Shown here: positions 25,520-35,119 of the stretch, piece after piece
Layout: every line of letters starts with the position of its first letter
Numbering within the stretch: position 1 is the first letter of the stretch
Origin: an uncultured Bacteroidales bacterium
GTDB taxonomy: Bacteria > Bacteroidota > Bacteroidia > Bacteroidales > Muribaculaceae
Length of the DNA stretch: 64,000 nt
Assembly: GCA_902772965.1 (NCBI GenBank)
Contig: CACYCT010000081.1
Location: forward strand, 3,076 to 67,075
Direction: 5' to 3'
Made by a program: the position numbers and the translations under genes
The notes under the pieces: generated by a model
Database searches by the model: none
What the model was told of the DNA's origin: nothing
The model's input: the letters and a program-made list of their open reading frames with translations, nothing else

Positions 25520-27045
25520 TATTGGCTGACGATGGCGCAGGTGACAGTTTGCGGTTTGTTGCGGTTGAAGTTGTTGGTGAAGGTGGCTGTTTGCGCTTGT
25601 GTGTCGATGACTATGTCGGTTGCGCTGATCCAGTTGACATATTGCAGTTGGATGTGCAGTTTGGTTGGGGTTGTCCAGGCGTAGGTGGCCGCGGTGGCGA
25701 AGTTGTGCTTCAGTCCGGAGAAACGGTTTCTGGCGGTGATGACGTAGGGTGGGGTGGTTGTGGTGAGCGCGCCGTAGGCCCAGCGGTTGTATGCCACGGG
25801 AATGGTTTCGTCGCGTGTGTCGGTGTAGTAGATGCGGAGTTGGTTTTGTCCGTTTTCGGTGTAGAATTTGATCAGGTCGATGTTGTGGTCGTTTTTGGCG
25901 AGTTTGAAGTCGGCGTGGGTGAACGCGTTGGAGGTGGGTTTTCCTTTGGGCATGGGCAGGGCCGCTTTGGCGGCAACCTGTTCAAGGGTTTTGAGTTGGT
26001 TCTTGTTTTCCGGTATGGGCGAGTCTATTCCGGGGTAGAGGTAGGCGGGAATGCATGCGAGTTCGTCGGCTGTCTTGTCGGAACTTCCGAGGATTACGAC
26101 AACGGTTTCGGTTGCGGGGTCGATGACGACAAATTGTCCGTATGCACCGTCAAGCCGGTATGCGCCGGGTTTGAGGCAGCGCCAGAGTTGGTAGCCGTAT
26201 CCCTGGTTTTTCTCTGTTGGCTTTTGCAGTGCGGCGCCGTCGTAATTGATGTATGGCTTGGTGCATTCGTCAATCCATGCCTCGGAGATGAGTTGGCGTC
26301 CTTCCCATTGTCCCCGTTGGAGCATGAGGATTCCGATTTTGGCGAGCGATTCGGCCTGCATTCTCAGTCCCCATCCTCCGGTGCAGATGCCGTCGGGGCT
26401 GAGTTCCCATTCTGCCTCATAGATGTGCATGGGGCCGAAGAGGTGCTGGTTGAGTAGTTGGAGCACGGTTTTTCCGGTGGCTTTCTGTACGATGGCGGAG
26501 AGCATGAAGGTGCACATCGAGTCGTATTGGAATCGTGTTCCGGGTTTTGATGTGACGGGTTTTGCGAGCCATTCCCTGATCCAGTCGTCGCCGAAGGAGC
26601 GCATTTCCCAGTCGGGTTTGATTCCGGAAGCCATGATGAGCAGGTCTTTTACTGTGATGGACGCGAGTTCAGGTGTGACTTTTTCGGGTAGTTTGGCGGG
26701 GAAGAATGTGACTATCCGGTCGGAGGTGGAGAGTCGGTTCTGGCTTATTGCGATTCCGACGGCGAGTGCTGTGAGTGTCTTGCTTGCTGAGAAGAGGGTG
26801 TGGCTGTCGGTTGCCCGGTAGGGGGCCGGGTGGCATTCCGCGACGACGCGTCCGTTCCGGACAACCATGAGGTGGTGTATCTCGGTTGCCGGCAGTGCCT
26901 GGATGGATTCGAAGAAACGCTGGATGGCTCTGGAACTGATCCGTTCGGCCTCGGGTGTGCTGCGCGGCAGGTCGCCCACTTGTGCGTGGGTGGCGGAAGT
27001 GGAGAGGAGGCAGATGAGTGCGAGCAGGGACAGTAGGCGTTTCAT
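25519..27045 (-). CDS. Secreted serine hydrolase (beta-lactamase/PBP4-like family)
   Basis: Signal peptide MKRLLSLLALICLLSTSATHAQ. SxxK motif FSASKTLTA. Length and pattern match class C beta-lactamase-related hydrolases. Confidence 0.8.
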   Translation of the reverse strand: MKRLLSLLALICLLSTSATHAQVGDLPRSTPEAERISSRAIQRFFESIQALPATEIHHLMVVRNGRVVAECHPAPYRATDSHTLFSASKTLTALAVGIAISQNRLSTSDRIVTFFPAKLPEKVTPELASITVKDLLIMASGIKPDWEMRSFGDDWIREWLAKPVTSKPGTRFQYDSMCTFMLSAIVQKATGKTVLQLLNQHLFGPMHIYEAEWELSPDGICTGGWGLRMQAESLAKIGILMLQRGQWEGRQLISEAWIDECTKPYINYDGAALQKPTEKNQGYGYQLWRCLKPGAYRLDGAYGQFVVIDPATETVVVILGSSDKTADELACIPAYLYPGIDSPIPENKNQLKTLEQVAAKAALPMPKGKPTSNAFTHADFKLAKNDHNIDLIKFYTENGQNQLRIYYTDTRDETIPVAYNRWAYGALTTTTPPYVITARNRFSGLKHNFATAATYAWTTPTKLHIQLQYVNWISATDIVIDTQAQTATFTNNFNRNKPQTVTCAIVSQ

Positions 27046-27057
27046 GCGGGTATTGTT

Positions 27058-30000
27058 TTATTTGGCGAGGCTCAAGTTGAGTGAGATGCCGTAGTTGGAG
27101 TTGGTTGTCGGGTATGCGGTGGAGGACACGAGCGGGGTGTTGACCTGATGGTCGAAGTAGGCGCCGAGTGTGATGCGCTTGCTCATGACGTAGTTTGCTT
27201 TGAAGTTGATGCCGAATGTTCGTGTTCCGCTGGTGGCCTGTGCGGTGTTGTTCTCGATTTTTCGGATCAGTGCGGTGTTGTTGTTGAGCGAGAGGTCGAA
27301 GTTGAGCGTAAGGTCGTTGCTCACGCCGGTTTGTTTACCTTTGATTTTGAGAACCTTATTGAAGTTGGCGATTTTGTATCCCGCTCCGACAACGAACGAG
27401 CGTTGGAGTGTCTCAACGAGTTGTCCGGCTGCGGAGTTGAGTGTGAGCGTGCGGCTGTCGCGGTACTCAACGTTGAATGTCATACCGGAGTTTGTTGCCG
27501 CATTGAGTCCGATCAGAGGAGCGAATTTCTCGGTGAGGGTGACGGAGGAGATGTTGTAGGGAGATGACGGGATAGCCTGACCTGTGAGCGCGTCACGGGT
27601 GAAGCCGAGGTTGTCTCCGATAGAGACCCAGTCGGTGAAGGAATTGAACGATCCCACCTGGTAGGTGCATTGGTAGGCGTGGGTAAGGGTGAAGGTTTTG
27701 AACAACTTCTTGATGGCTGGGATTTTTACAAGTCCGTCGTAAGTGACGCGCCAGTTGGGCAGGATTGCCCGAATGCTCGGGAAGGGGTTGAGGTTGACTT
27801 TGCGTGGGTCTTTACCGGTGTATGCGGCCAGGAAAGCCGGAATAAGCACGTCGGAGGAGTTGGGGTTGACGGTTCCGTTTTCGGGATTGAACTCGTGTCC
27901 GGCGATTGCTGTTCCGCGGATGAATCCGCGTTCGGGATAGACGAGGCCGTGGTAGCGCGCCTCGAGACGTTTCTGTATCACGTCGATGTTGGCGAGGAAG
28001 TTGTCGAAGGTGCTGCTTCGGTATCCGTTGTTTCCGCTTACACCTCTGAGCGCGGATTTGATTGCCATCGTGGTCATGGTGAACGAGCCGGAGTAGAGCG
28101 TGGTCGGGTCGTCGTACATGAAGTGTATCTGGCTGGTTCTGTTGTCGGTCCGGTTACCGGTGAGTGTGATTTTGAGTCCCCGGATGGGTTCGAGTTGCAC
28201 TTCGGCTGAGAACTCTTGTGTTTTTGCGAACAGTGCGGGTGATGTTTGGGTTTGGTCGCCGAGCAGCCATCCGTGTCGTCTGGCGCGGTCGATGTATCCC
28301 TCACCGACGAGTCCGAAGGCGAAGTCAAGTCCGGGCGACATGACGTCGTACTTGGTTGTTTGTCCGAAGATGTCCCCGATGTCGGGCACGAACTGCGGCA
28401 GGTTGAGTTGGCGTGTGTTGCGGAACTTGACGCTGACACTTCTCACGCTCATCGCGGCGCGCGCGGCGTATTGCCCGAATTCGTACCAGAATCCGTTGTG
28501 CTCCTTTATCACTTCGGTGATGGTGAATTTGAGGTTGTCGGTGCCGCGGGTGAGGATTTCCACCTTGTTGTTGTCTTTGACCTCGTATTTGATCGGGAAG
28601 GGTTTGTCTTCGGTTGTAGTGGCTGTGACGCGCACTTTCTTGACGTTGAGTTTGTGCTCGATCACGAGGTTGGAGTCGGCGGCGAGTTTGAAAGTCCGGT
28701 TAAACTTTTTGGGTTTGACTTTCTGCTTCTTGTTGGTGTTGTTTCCGGAGTTGGAGAAGCGTTGGTTTACCGCTTTGAGGTAGGGTATCTTGTTGTAGAG
28801 TTGCTCGAGTGCGAGACGTCCGTCGATGCTGAGCGATGATTGGTTTGCGATGGTGTTTCCGCTTGCGATGCCTTCGATTTGTGTGCCGCGGTCCCAGTTG
28901 TATGTGGCGTTGTAGGAGGCCGACGCTGTGATGAAACTGAGGATGGGTATGGCGCTGAACGGGGCTTTGTAACTGGCGGTGAACGATTGCCTGTAGGCCC
29001 AGGGCGTGCCGAGGTCTTTGATTGAGCGCCACACGGAGTCGCGCCAGTCGCGGTACTCATCGGGGAAGAGACGCCGGTTGACTTGTCCGACGGGTTCGAG
29101 GATGTGCGCGGTGGTGTTGCTGTTGAACGAGGCGGAGAGGGATTTGGTGAAGTTCCACGAGATGGAGAACTGGCGGTCCCAGAGGAAGTTCTTACTCACG
29201 GCCACGGGCAGTTCGATGTTGATGCCGGTTTCGTTCCTTGACTGCTGCTCATAGTAGTAGCGCGAGATGTTGGTGTTGAAGGCGATGTTTGCCGGCAGCC
29301 ACCGGATCTCGTATTCGTGCAGGAACTTGAGGCTCTTGTTTTTGGAGTCAACCATACGTGCGAAGGGTTTGAGCGGTTTCACGTAGGGAGTCCAGGAGTA
29401 TTGGAAGGAGCCCCGGTAGTCGTTGGTGTTCTCGTAGACGTTGTTGGGGTCGTTGAGGTGTTGCTTTTTGAAGGAGTAGCTGAACGTGAAGTTGGCCGGG
29501 TCCCAAGGCATTGGGTTCTTGCTCTTGACGTCGAATTTGAGATTCGAGATGGAGAACGACTTGGTTGTGCGTAGGGTTACGGCATAGTTGTTGATGGAGT
29601 CGCGCTGTTGCTTTGTGTCGCACGCGTCAACCGCGTCTTTAAGCAGGATGTCTTGGTCGAGGGGGTTGTATTTGGGTGTTGTTTTCTCGTTGGTGTAGGA
29701 GAAGTAGACGGGTGCTTTGAGTTTGACTTTTTCGGGCAGGAAGCGTCCGGCGTCGGCTTGGATGGCGACGTTGTACTGGTTATAGTCGTCAAGCCGGCGT
29801 TGCGAGAGCGACTGGTTGACGGCGCCGAAGCCGTAGGTTTCGCGGTGGAATCCGGCGTTGATGGTTGCGATGTCGCTCATGTTGAGGTTGACGCTTGCTT
29901 TGGCTGCCCATCCGCCGTTGTTCTCAAAGTCGGTCACACGAAGTTCGTCGGCCCATACGACGCAGTCTTTGGTGGAGTTGGCGTTGTTGCGAACACCGAT

Positions 30001-33000
30001 CATCATCACGCGCACGTCGCTCAGCGAGGGGTTACCTTGAACGGTGATGCGGTGGTTGGGGTGGTCGGGGTCTTGCTCGGTGTAACGTTGGTTGTAACTC
30101 ACTCCGGTTTCACCTGCCATCCGGGCGGCGTTCCGGTTCTTCTTGACGTTTGTCAGGTGGCTCAGTTCGAGGTCGAGCATATTGTTCTCGGGCCACACTT
30201 TAAGGCGGTCGGCCGAGGAGTTGGTGCTGTAATGTCCGGGGGCGGTGAGGTCAAGAGGGATTTCGTATTCGTAGTAGTTGTTCTTGATGTCAGAGCCAAG
30301 GCGGATAAAGGCCGACACGTCGCCGTTGCGCAAGTTTGTGGCGTCGTCGACAGAGGCTTCGGCGTGGAGGAACATTTGCAGCCGTTTGTAGATACGCAGG
30401 TCGAGTGTGGTGTTTCGGTACACGCCGCGTGCGTCACTGGGTTGGAGTCCGTTGACGGTCATCTGCATCGACTGCTCGTTGAGTTGGGTGATTTGCGATT
30501 GACCGGAGTCGACGATACGGCTCACACCCGGCGGCAGCACGTAGTTGACCGGTTCGCGTGAGGCGTTTTCCTCGATGTTGACGGTGTTGACGTTGATTGA
30601 GCCGGTTGCGGGCGTGTCACCGCGCATATTGAGGTTATAGTCGTAGTTACGCCATTCTCCGCGCATGAGTTCGAGGGTGGCGAATCGGAGGTGGGTGGTT
30701 TCTTTGAACCCGGTGAGGAACATGCGCATGAAGCGTATGGTGCTGAAGTCGGTGATGTTGCCTACTTTGCGTTCGAAACTGCGCAGGGGGATATTGAACT
30801 GATACCAGGTCACGTCCTGTGTTTGTCCGTTGCGGGTGTGAACTCGTGCCACCTGCTTGTCGGTGATGTAGTTCATGCCCACCTGCAGCGAGTCGGGGTG
30901 TATGGCGACGCGGTATTGGAAGTACCGCTCGTATTCGTTGAGGGTGTTGTCCTGGTTGATGTCTTCCACATCGGGCACGGAGCGTGCGCTCTGGTAGAGT
31001 GCGTCGGAGGCGTCTTCGACGGAGAGTGAGTTGCCTTCGGTTCCGTTGTAGCGTTTGTACCGCTCGAGGATGTTCAGTCGTTGCTCGTCGTAGTCATATC
31101 CGCGGTAGAAATGGTAGTTGTCTGACGCGGGGTCGTTTAATGGAGAGTACGGGTCTTCTTCCATTCGTGCGATGGCTTCGGGCGAGAGGCGCTGCCGGAG
31201 ACGTGTGGTGAAGTCGCGGTAGGTTTCGAATTCTTTCTCCTCGTTGGTGGTGAGGCCGTTCAGACCTACGTCTTGCTGCACGCGTGTTCCTTGCGCATTG
31301 TCGAAGGCGTAATTGAGCGATGTTTGTGTGCTCACTTTTCCCCAGGTGGTGGTTTTCAGATAAGTCGAGTCGATGTTCGCTCCCATTCCGTTCTCATAAC
31401 TCTTGAGCCCGTCTTTGAGGATGTCTTCGCTAATCTCACCGAGGTTGAAGTACAGATACCCGCCGTCGCGGTTCTGCAGTTTCTCGTCGAGGAAGGGGTC
31501 CATGAGCCAGAATTGGATGTACTCGATATTGGATTGCTCGAAGTTGGTGTTGTCGAGTTTCCGCATGATACCACCCCAACGGCTTTCCGGGTTGAGCAGG
31601 TATCCGTCGGCATCGATGTTTTCGGCGTCGAGGTTGTACGGGCCGCGTTCTTTGGGGTAGAACGACAGGTTGAGTGTTTGCACTGTGGAAGCCTCGCCGT
31701 AGTTGAGTTCCCGTCCGGGGAAGACTTCGCTGTATGGCACTTCCCTGATGTAGGGGTAAGACAACTGGTCGAGGTCGTTTTTTATGTATCCCGGCACGTA
31801 GGAGGAGTTTCGTTGGGTGAAGAGCCGGTCGATGTAGTTCCACGCGAGCAGGGATCGGTTTTTGCCGTAGTTGACGTTGTTGCTCAGTGATGCTTCGGGG
31901 AATAGTGCGCTCTGGCTGGCGTCGTAGGGTGTTGAGGCGAGGAACCATGAGTATGGCGAGCGCAGGTCGATACCCGACTGAGTTGTCTCAAAGTCGTCGA
32001 TGTAGCTGGAGCCTTTGTTGGAGCCGGTTTTGGCCCGGTGCGGCAGAAGTTGCGCGAACTCGCCGGTGAATTTGATGGTCGACGGTGCGGTGGCGTTGAC
32101 TGTGGGGATTTTGTTGAGCAGGTTGGTCAGCCACATGAACTTGGTGCTGTAGTTCACGTTGAAGCCGTATATGGTGTTGTTGACCAGCTCATCTCCGATG
32201 GCGACTTTCTCGGTGATGGCTTTCTCACCGTAGTGCATAATGGTTCCGCCGATGTTGAAGTTTTTGTTGAAGGCGTAGTTCAGGTCAAGTCCGAGCAGTG
32301 TCTTCCGCTGCATGGAGAAGGTTGACTGGTTTTCGAGCTGCACGCTGATGTTTGTACCGGCATCGATAATCGACTGGTTGGTGATCGTGACGGTACCCAT
32401 GGTGTAGTCGACTGTGTAGTCGGCGTTTTCGGTGAGCGGCGTTCCTCCGGCGGTGACCACGACCGAGCCGCGCGGCACGTTCATGGCGTTGAGCCGGATG
32501 ACGTTGCCTGCCGAGGCCTGATACTCACCCTCAAGCACGAATTTGTTCTTGTCTTGGAATTGCCGGGCGACGGTGAGCGTGGAGTCGTAGAGTTCCTCGT
32601 AGACGTATTTGTCGGCGACCGCGTCGTTGCCGAACGCTTTTCTGAGGTGTTTTCCGAAAGGCTCCACCACCGGGAAGATGACTTTTCCGCTGGAACTGTT
32701 GACGGTGTAGTTTTCGATGTAGTCGAACCGTCCGTCGATGTTGGGTTCCTGGTTGGCGTCGAGTCGGTCGAGGTTCATCACTTGCAGGAGCGGTTTTCCG
32801 TTGATGGCTCCGTCGGGGATGTAGATCAGTTCAGTACCGGTTGTGTCGGAGAGGTATTTGATGTTGAGTTTAAAGTTCTGTTTCGAGACGGTGTATGCTC
32901 CGAGTGAGTAGATGTTTTTCATCATCAGGTCCCAGTTGGGCATATGGGGTGAGGCCGTGGTGCCTTTGAGCATTTTCACGTAGAGCGACTGGTCGGTGCT

Positions 33001-34524
33001 GGCCACGTCGCCGGAAAATTCGCCCACTTGGTAGGTTTGTCCGCGATAGGTGTACTGGAAAGCGACGGCGAGAACTTCGTCGGCGTTCAGGGCGGTTTTG
33101 AGTTGGATGTATCCGAGTGCGGAGTTGAGCGTGTACTCTGATGATGACAGCAGGCGTGCCGATTCGATTTTCTCATAGTCTTGTCCACCCTCAAATCCAT
33201 AGGCTTGCAGCGGCGCGAGCGCGGTTGCGGCTTGGCTGATATATCGGGCTTCGGGGTAGTTGGTCTTGATCTCCTCGAACATGTTGTTCACGTCGTTCGA
33301 CGGATTCTCTACTCCGGTCGAGATCCAATGGCTGCAGGCGAGGTGGTTGCTTTCGCCGGCATCCATAAAGGCCATGATGTTCCGGCTCTCGTTGAAGTTT
33401 CCGCGCTTGTTGGTGATCCACACTTCCACGCGTGTGATGCTGATTCCGCTGGAAACCAGAGGCAGTCGGGAGCACCAGTTGTCGTAGTTGTCACGGAAGA
33501 AGTGGCTGAGGAAGAAGTTCCGGTTTTGGTCGTATTTGTCGGCGGTGATGTAGAATGGTGTGGTTTGCGAGCCGCCTTTGGAGTTGACGGTTTGGGACTC
33601 GCTGTTTTGTTGCGACACGAGTGCAGTTGCTGTGAGTTTGCCGAACTGCAGTTTGGTTTTCACACCGAACAGTGCCGCGCTACCGCGTATGAGCGACGAC
33701 CCTGTGGTCATGCTCACGTTACCGGCTTCGATGTTTTTGATGATTTCGTCTTCCTTGCCGTCGTAGGCGAGTTTTAGGTTCTTGTTGTCGAAGTCGAAGG
33801 TGGCGTCGGTGTTGTACGACATGTTGAACTTCATCTTGTCTCCGACCGATGCCGAGATGGTGGCTTGTATTTTCTGGTCGAAGTCGAAGTAGGTTTTCCG
33901 CCGCGCGCTGAGGTTGAGCGCCGGGTTGTCGGTTTTGTTGCTTTTTACACCCATGTTTATCGTAACCGAGCCTTGTGTTTTGAGCTGCACACCGCCGGGG
34001 CCGAAGATGTTCTCGAGCGGTCCGAGGCCGAACTGCATGTCCAGGAAGTTGAAGGGGTCTTTTTCTTTCTTCTCGTTGGTTTCGGTGTATTTTTGGCGGT
34101 AGTATTCCATCATGGACTGCCGCAGGGCGATGTTGTTGTACTCGTCGGCCGAGAGGATGAACGGCGTGACGATGTCGTTGTCACCGAGGCGTGTGTGGAT
34201 TACGTAGCAGCCTGTTGTCGGGTCATAGACAGCCTCGGTTGTGATGTTGGAGGGTGTTTTGAGGTCGAGTGAGTACTCTTTCTGCTCCCCGAGGTCGTTG
34301 TACGATCCGGGTACAGTCGGGCGCACGTTGAACTGCAGGTTCAGCGTGTCGAGCGGGTTGCGTTTGGTTGTTTGCGGTTGAGGCGTCTGCTGGGTTGGCG
34401 GTGGTGGCGGCGGTGCGAGTGTCGAGGTAACGTATTGTGCGAAAGCCGAGCCGTTGCCTGCGAGCCAGCAAAAGAGCAGGCCCACAACGATAAGTAATGC
34501 TATTTTGAGTCGGTTTATCGTCAT
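27058..34524 (-). CDS. sprA: T9SS outer-membrane translocon SprA (Sov)
   Basis: 2488 aa with a signal peptide, a Pro/Gln-rich linker, then a giant beta-rich protein. It directly abuts the ruvA stop with 0-nt spacing, and ruvA-sprA synteny is typical of Bacteroidota. Confidence 0.9.
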   Translation of the reverse strand: MTINRLKIALLIVVGLLFCWLAGNGSAFAQYVTSTLAPPPPPPTQQTPQPQTTKRNPLDTLNLQFNVRPTVPGSYNDLGEQKEYSLDLKTPSNITTEAVYDPTTGCYVIHTRLGDNDIVTPFILSADEYNNIALRQSMMEYYRQKYTETNEKKEKDPFNFLDMQFGLGPLENIFGPGGVQLKTQGSVTINMGVKSNKTDNPALNLSARRKTYFDFDQKIQATISASVGDKMKFNMSYNTDATFDFDNKNLKLAYDGKEDEIIKNIEAGNVSMTTGSSLIRGSAALFGVKTKLQFGKLTATALVSQQNSESQTVNSKGGSQTTPFYITADKYDQNRNFFLSHFFRDNYDNWCSRLPLVSSGISITRVEVWITNKRGNFNESRNIMAFMDAGESNHLACSHWISTGVENPSNDVNNMFEEIKTNYPEARYISQAATALAPLQAYGFEGGQDYEKIESARLLSSSEYTLNSALGYIQLKTALNADEVLAVAFQYTYRGQTYQVGEFSGDVASTDQSLYVKMLKGTTASPHMPNWDLMMKNIYSLGAYTVSKQNFKLNIKYLSDTTGTELIYIPDGAINGKPLLQVMNLDRLDANQEPNIDGRFDYIENYTVNSSSGKVIFPVVEPFGKHLRKAFGNDAVADKYVYEELYDSTLTVARQFQDKNKFVLEGEYQASAGNVIRLNAMNVPRGSVVVTAGGTPLTENADYTVDYTMGTVTITNQSIIDAGTNISVQLENQSTFSMQRKTLLGLDLNYAFNKNFNIGGTIMHYGEKAITEKVAIGDELVNNTIYGFNVNYSTKFMWLTNLLNKIPTVNATAPSTIKFTGEFAQLLPHRAKTGSNKGSSYIDDFETTQSGIDLRSPYSWFLASTPYDASQSALFPEASLSNNVNYGKNRSLLAWNYIDRLFTQRNSSYVPGYIKNDLDQLSYPYIREVPYSEVFPGRELNYGEASTVQTLNLSFYPKERGPYNLDAENIDADGYLLNPESRWGGIMRKLDNTNFEQSNIEYIQFWLMDPFLDEKLQNRDGGYLYFNLGEISEDILKDGLKSYENGMGANIDSTYLKTTTWGKVSTQTSLNYAFDNAQGTRVQQDVGLNGLTTNEEKEFETYRDFTTRLRQRLSPEAIARMEEDPYSPLNDPASDNYHFYRGYDYDEQRLNILERYKRYNGTEGNSLSVEDASDALYQSARSVPDVEDINQDNTLNEYERYFQYRVAIHPDSLQVGMNYITDKQVARVHTRNGQTQDVTWYQFNIPLRSFERKVGNITDFSTIRFMRMFLTGFKETTHLRFATLELMRGEWRNYDYNLNMRGDTPATGSINVNTVNIEENASREPVNYVLPPGVSRIVDSGQSQITQLNEQSMQMTVNGLQPSDARGVYRNTTLDLRIYKRLQMFLHAEASVDDATNLRNGDVSAFIRLGSDIKNNYYEYEIPLDLTAPGHYSTNSSADRLKVWPENNMLDLELSHLTNVKKNRNAARMAGETGVSYNQRYTEQDPDHPNHRITVQGNPSLSDVRVMMIGVRNNANSTKDCVVWADELRVTDFENNGGWAAKASVNLNMSDIATINAGFHRETYGFGAVNQSLSQRRLDDYNQYNVAIQADAGRFLPEKVKLKAPVYFSYTNEKTTPKYNPLDQDILLKDAVDACDTKQQRDSINNYAVTLRTTKSFSISNLKFDVKSKNPMPWDPANFTFSYSFKKQHLNDPNNVYENTNDYRGSFQYSWTPYVKPLKPFARMVDSKNKSLKFLHEYEIRWLPANIAFNTNISRYYYEQQSRNETGINIELPVAVSKNFLWDRQFSISWNFTKSLSASFNSNTTAHILEPVGQVNRRLFPDEYRDWRDSVWRSIKDLGTPWAYRQSFTASYKAPFSAIPILSFITASASYNATYNWDRGTQIEGIASGNTIANQSSLSIDGRLALEQLYNKIPYLKAVNQRFSNSGNNTNKKQKVKPKKFNRTFKLAADSNLVIEHKLNVKKVRVTATTTEDKPFPIKYEVKDNNKVEILTRGTDNLKFTITEVIKEHNGFWYEFGQYAARAAMSVRSVSVKFRNTRQLNLPQFVPDIGDIFGQTTKYDVMSPGLDFAFGLVGEGYIDRARRHGWLLGDQTQTSPALFAKTQEFSAEVQLEPIRGLKITLTGNRTDNRTSQIHFMYDDPTTLYSGSFTMTTMAIKSALRGVSGNNGYRSSTFDNFLANIDVIQKRLEARYHGLVYPERGFIRGTAIAGHEFNPENGTVNPNSSDVLIPAFLAAYTGKDPRKVNLNPFPSIRAILPNWRVTYDGLVKIPAIKKLFKTFTLTHAYQCTYQVGSFNSFTDWVSIGDNLGFTRDALTGQAIPSSPYNISSVTLTEKFAPLIGLNAATNSGMTFNVEYRDSRTLTLNSAAGQLVETLQRSFVVGAGYKIANFNKVLKIKGKQTGVSNDLTLNFDLSLNNNTALIRKIENNTAQATSGTRTFGINFKANYVMSKRITLGAYFDHQVNTPLVSSTAYPTTNSNYGISLNLSLAK

Positions 34525-35115
34525 TTACATCATTTTTAGAGCCTGCTTGATGGCTTGCTCCACGGTGCAGCCGGGTTGTTGCTTAAAGAGTTTGGTCAAC
34601 GCTTTTTGCGACATTTGCTGCGTGTATCCGAGCATAACAAGCGCGGCAAGCGCCTCGTCGAAGGTTTCGGTGGAGGCTTGGCCTATTTCTTGTAATAACG
34701 TAGGGTCGGATAGTTTTATTTTATCTTTCAGGTCAACTATTATTCTTTGCGCCGTTTTCGCTCCGACGCCTTTAACGGCTTTTAGCGTGGCGACGTTGCC
34801 CGAGGAGATGGCCTGCTCAAGTTCGGCTGTTGGGGCGGCCGAGAGAATCATGCGTGCTGTGTTCGGTCCCACTCCGCTCACGCTGATAAGAGCCAGAAAG
34901 AGTTCGCGCTCGCGTTTCTCGGCGAATCCGAAGAGTTGGTGCGCGTCCTCACGGATGGCTTCGTAAACATAGAGTTTGGCGGGCGTTTTCGGGTTGCGGT
35001 TGAGGGTGTCGTAGGTGGTGAGAGAGATGTTGAGCAGGTATCCGATGCCGTTGTTGTCGAGCACGGTATACGCGGGGTTAAGTTCGGCGATCTCGCCGCG
35101 GATATAGTCAATCAT
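34525..35115 (-). CDS. ruvA: Holliday junction branch migration protein RuvA
   Basis: 196 aa: MIDYIRGEI...GIGYLLNISL...FGF..ERELFLALISVSGVGPNTARMILS...LKAVKGVGAKTAQRIIVDLKDK. Confidence 0.95.
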   Translation of the reverse strand: MIDYIRGEIAELNPAYTVLDNNGIGYLLNISLTTYDTLNRNPKTPAKLYVYEAIREDAHQLFGFAEKRERELFLALISVSGVGPNTARMILSAAPTAELEQAISSGNVATLKAVKGVGAKTAQRIIVDLKDKIKLSDPTLLQEIGQASTETFDEALAALVMLGYTQQMSQKALTKLFKQQPGCTVEQAIKQALKMM

Positions 35116-35119
35116 TGGG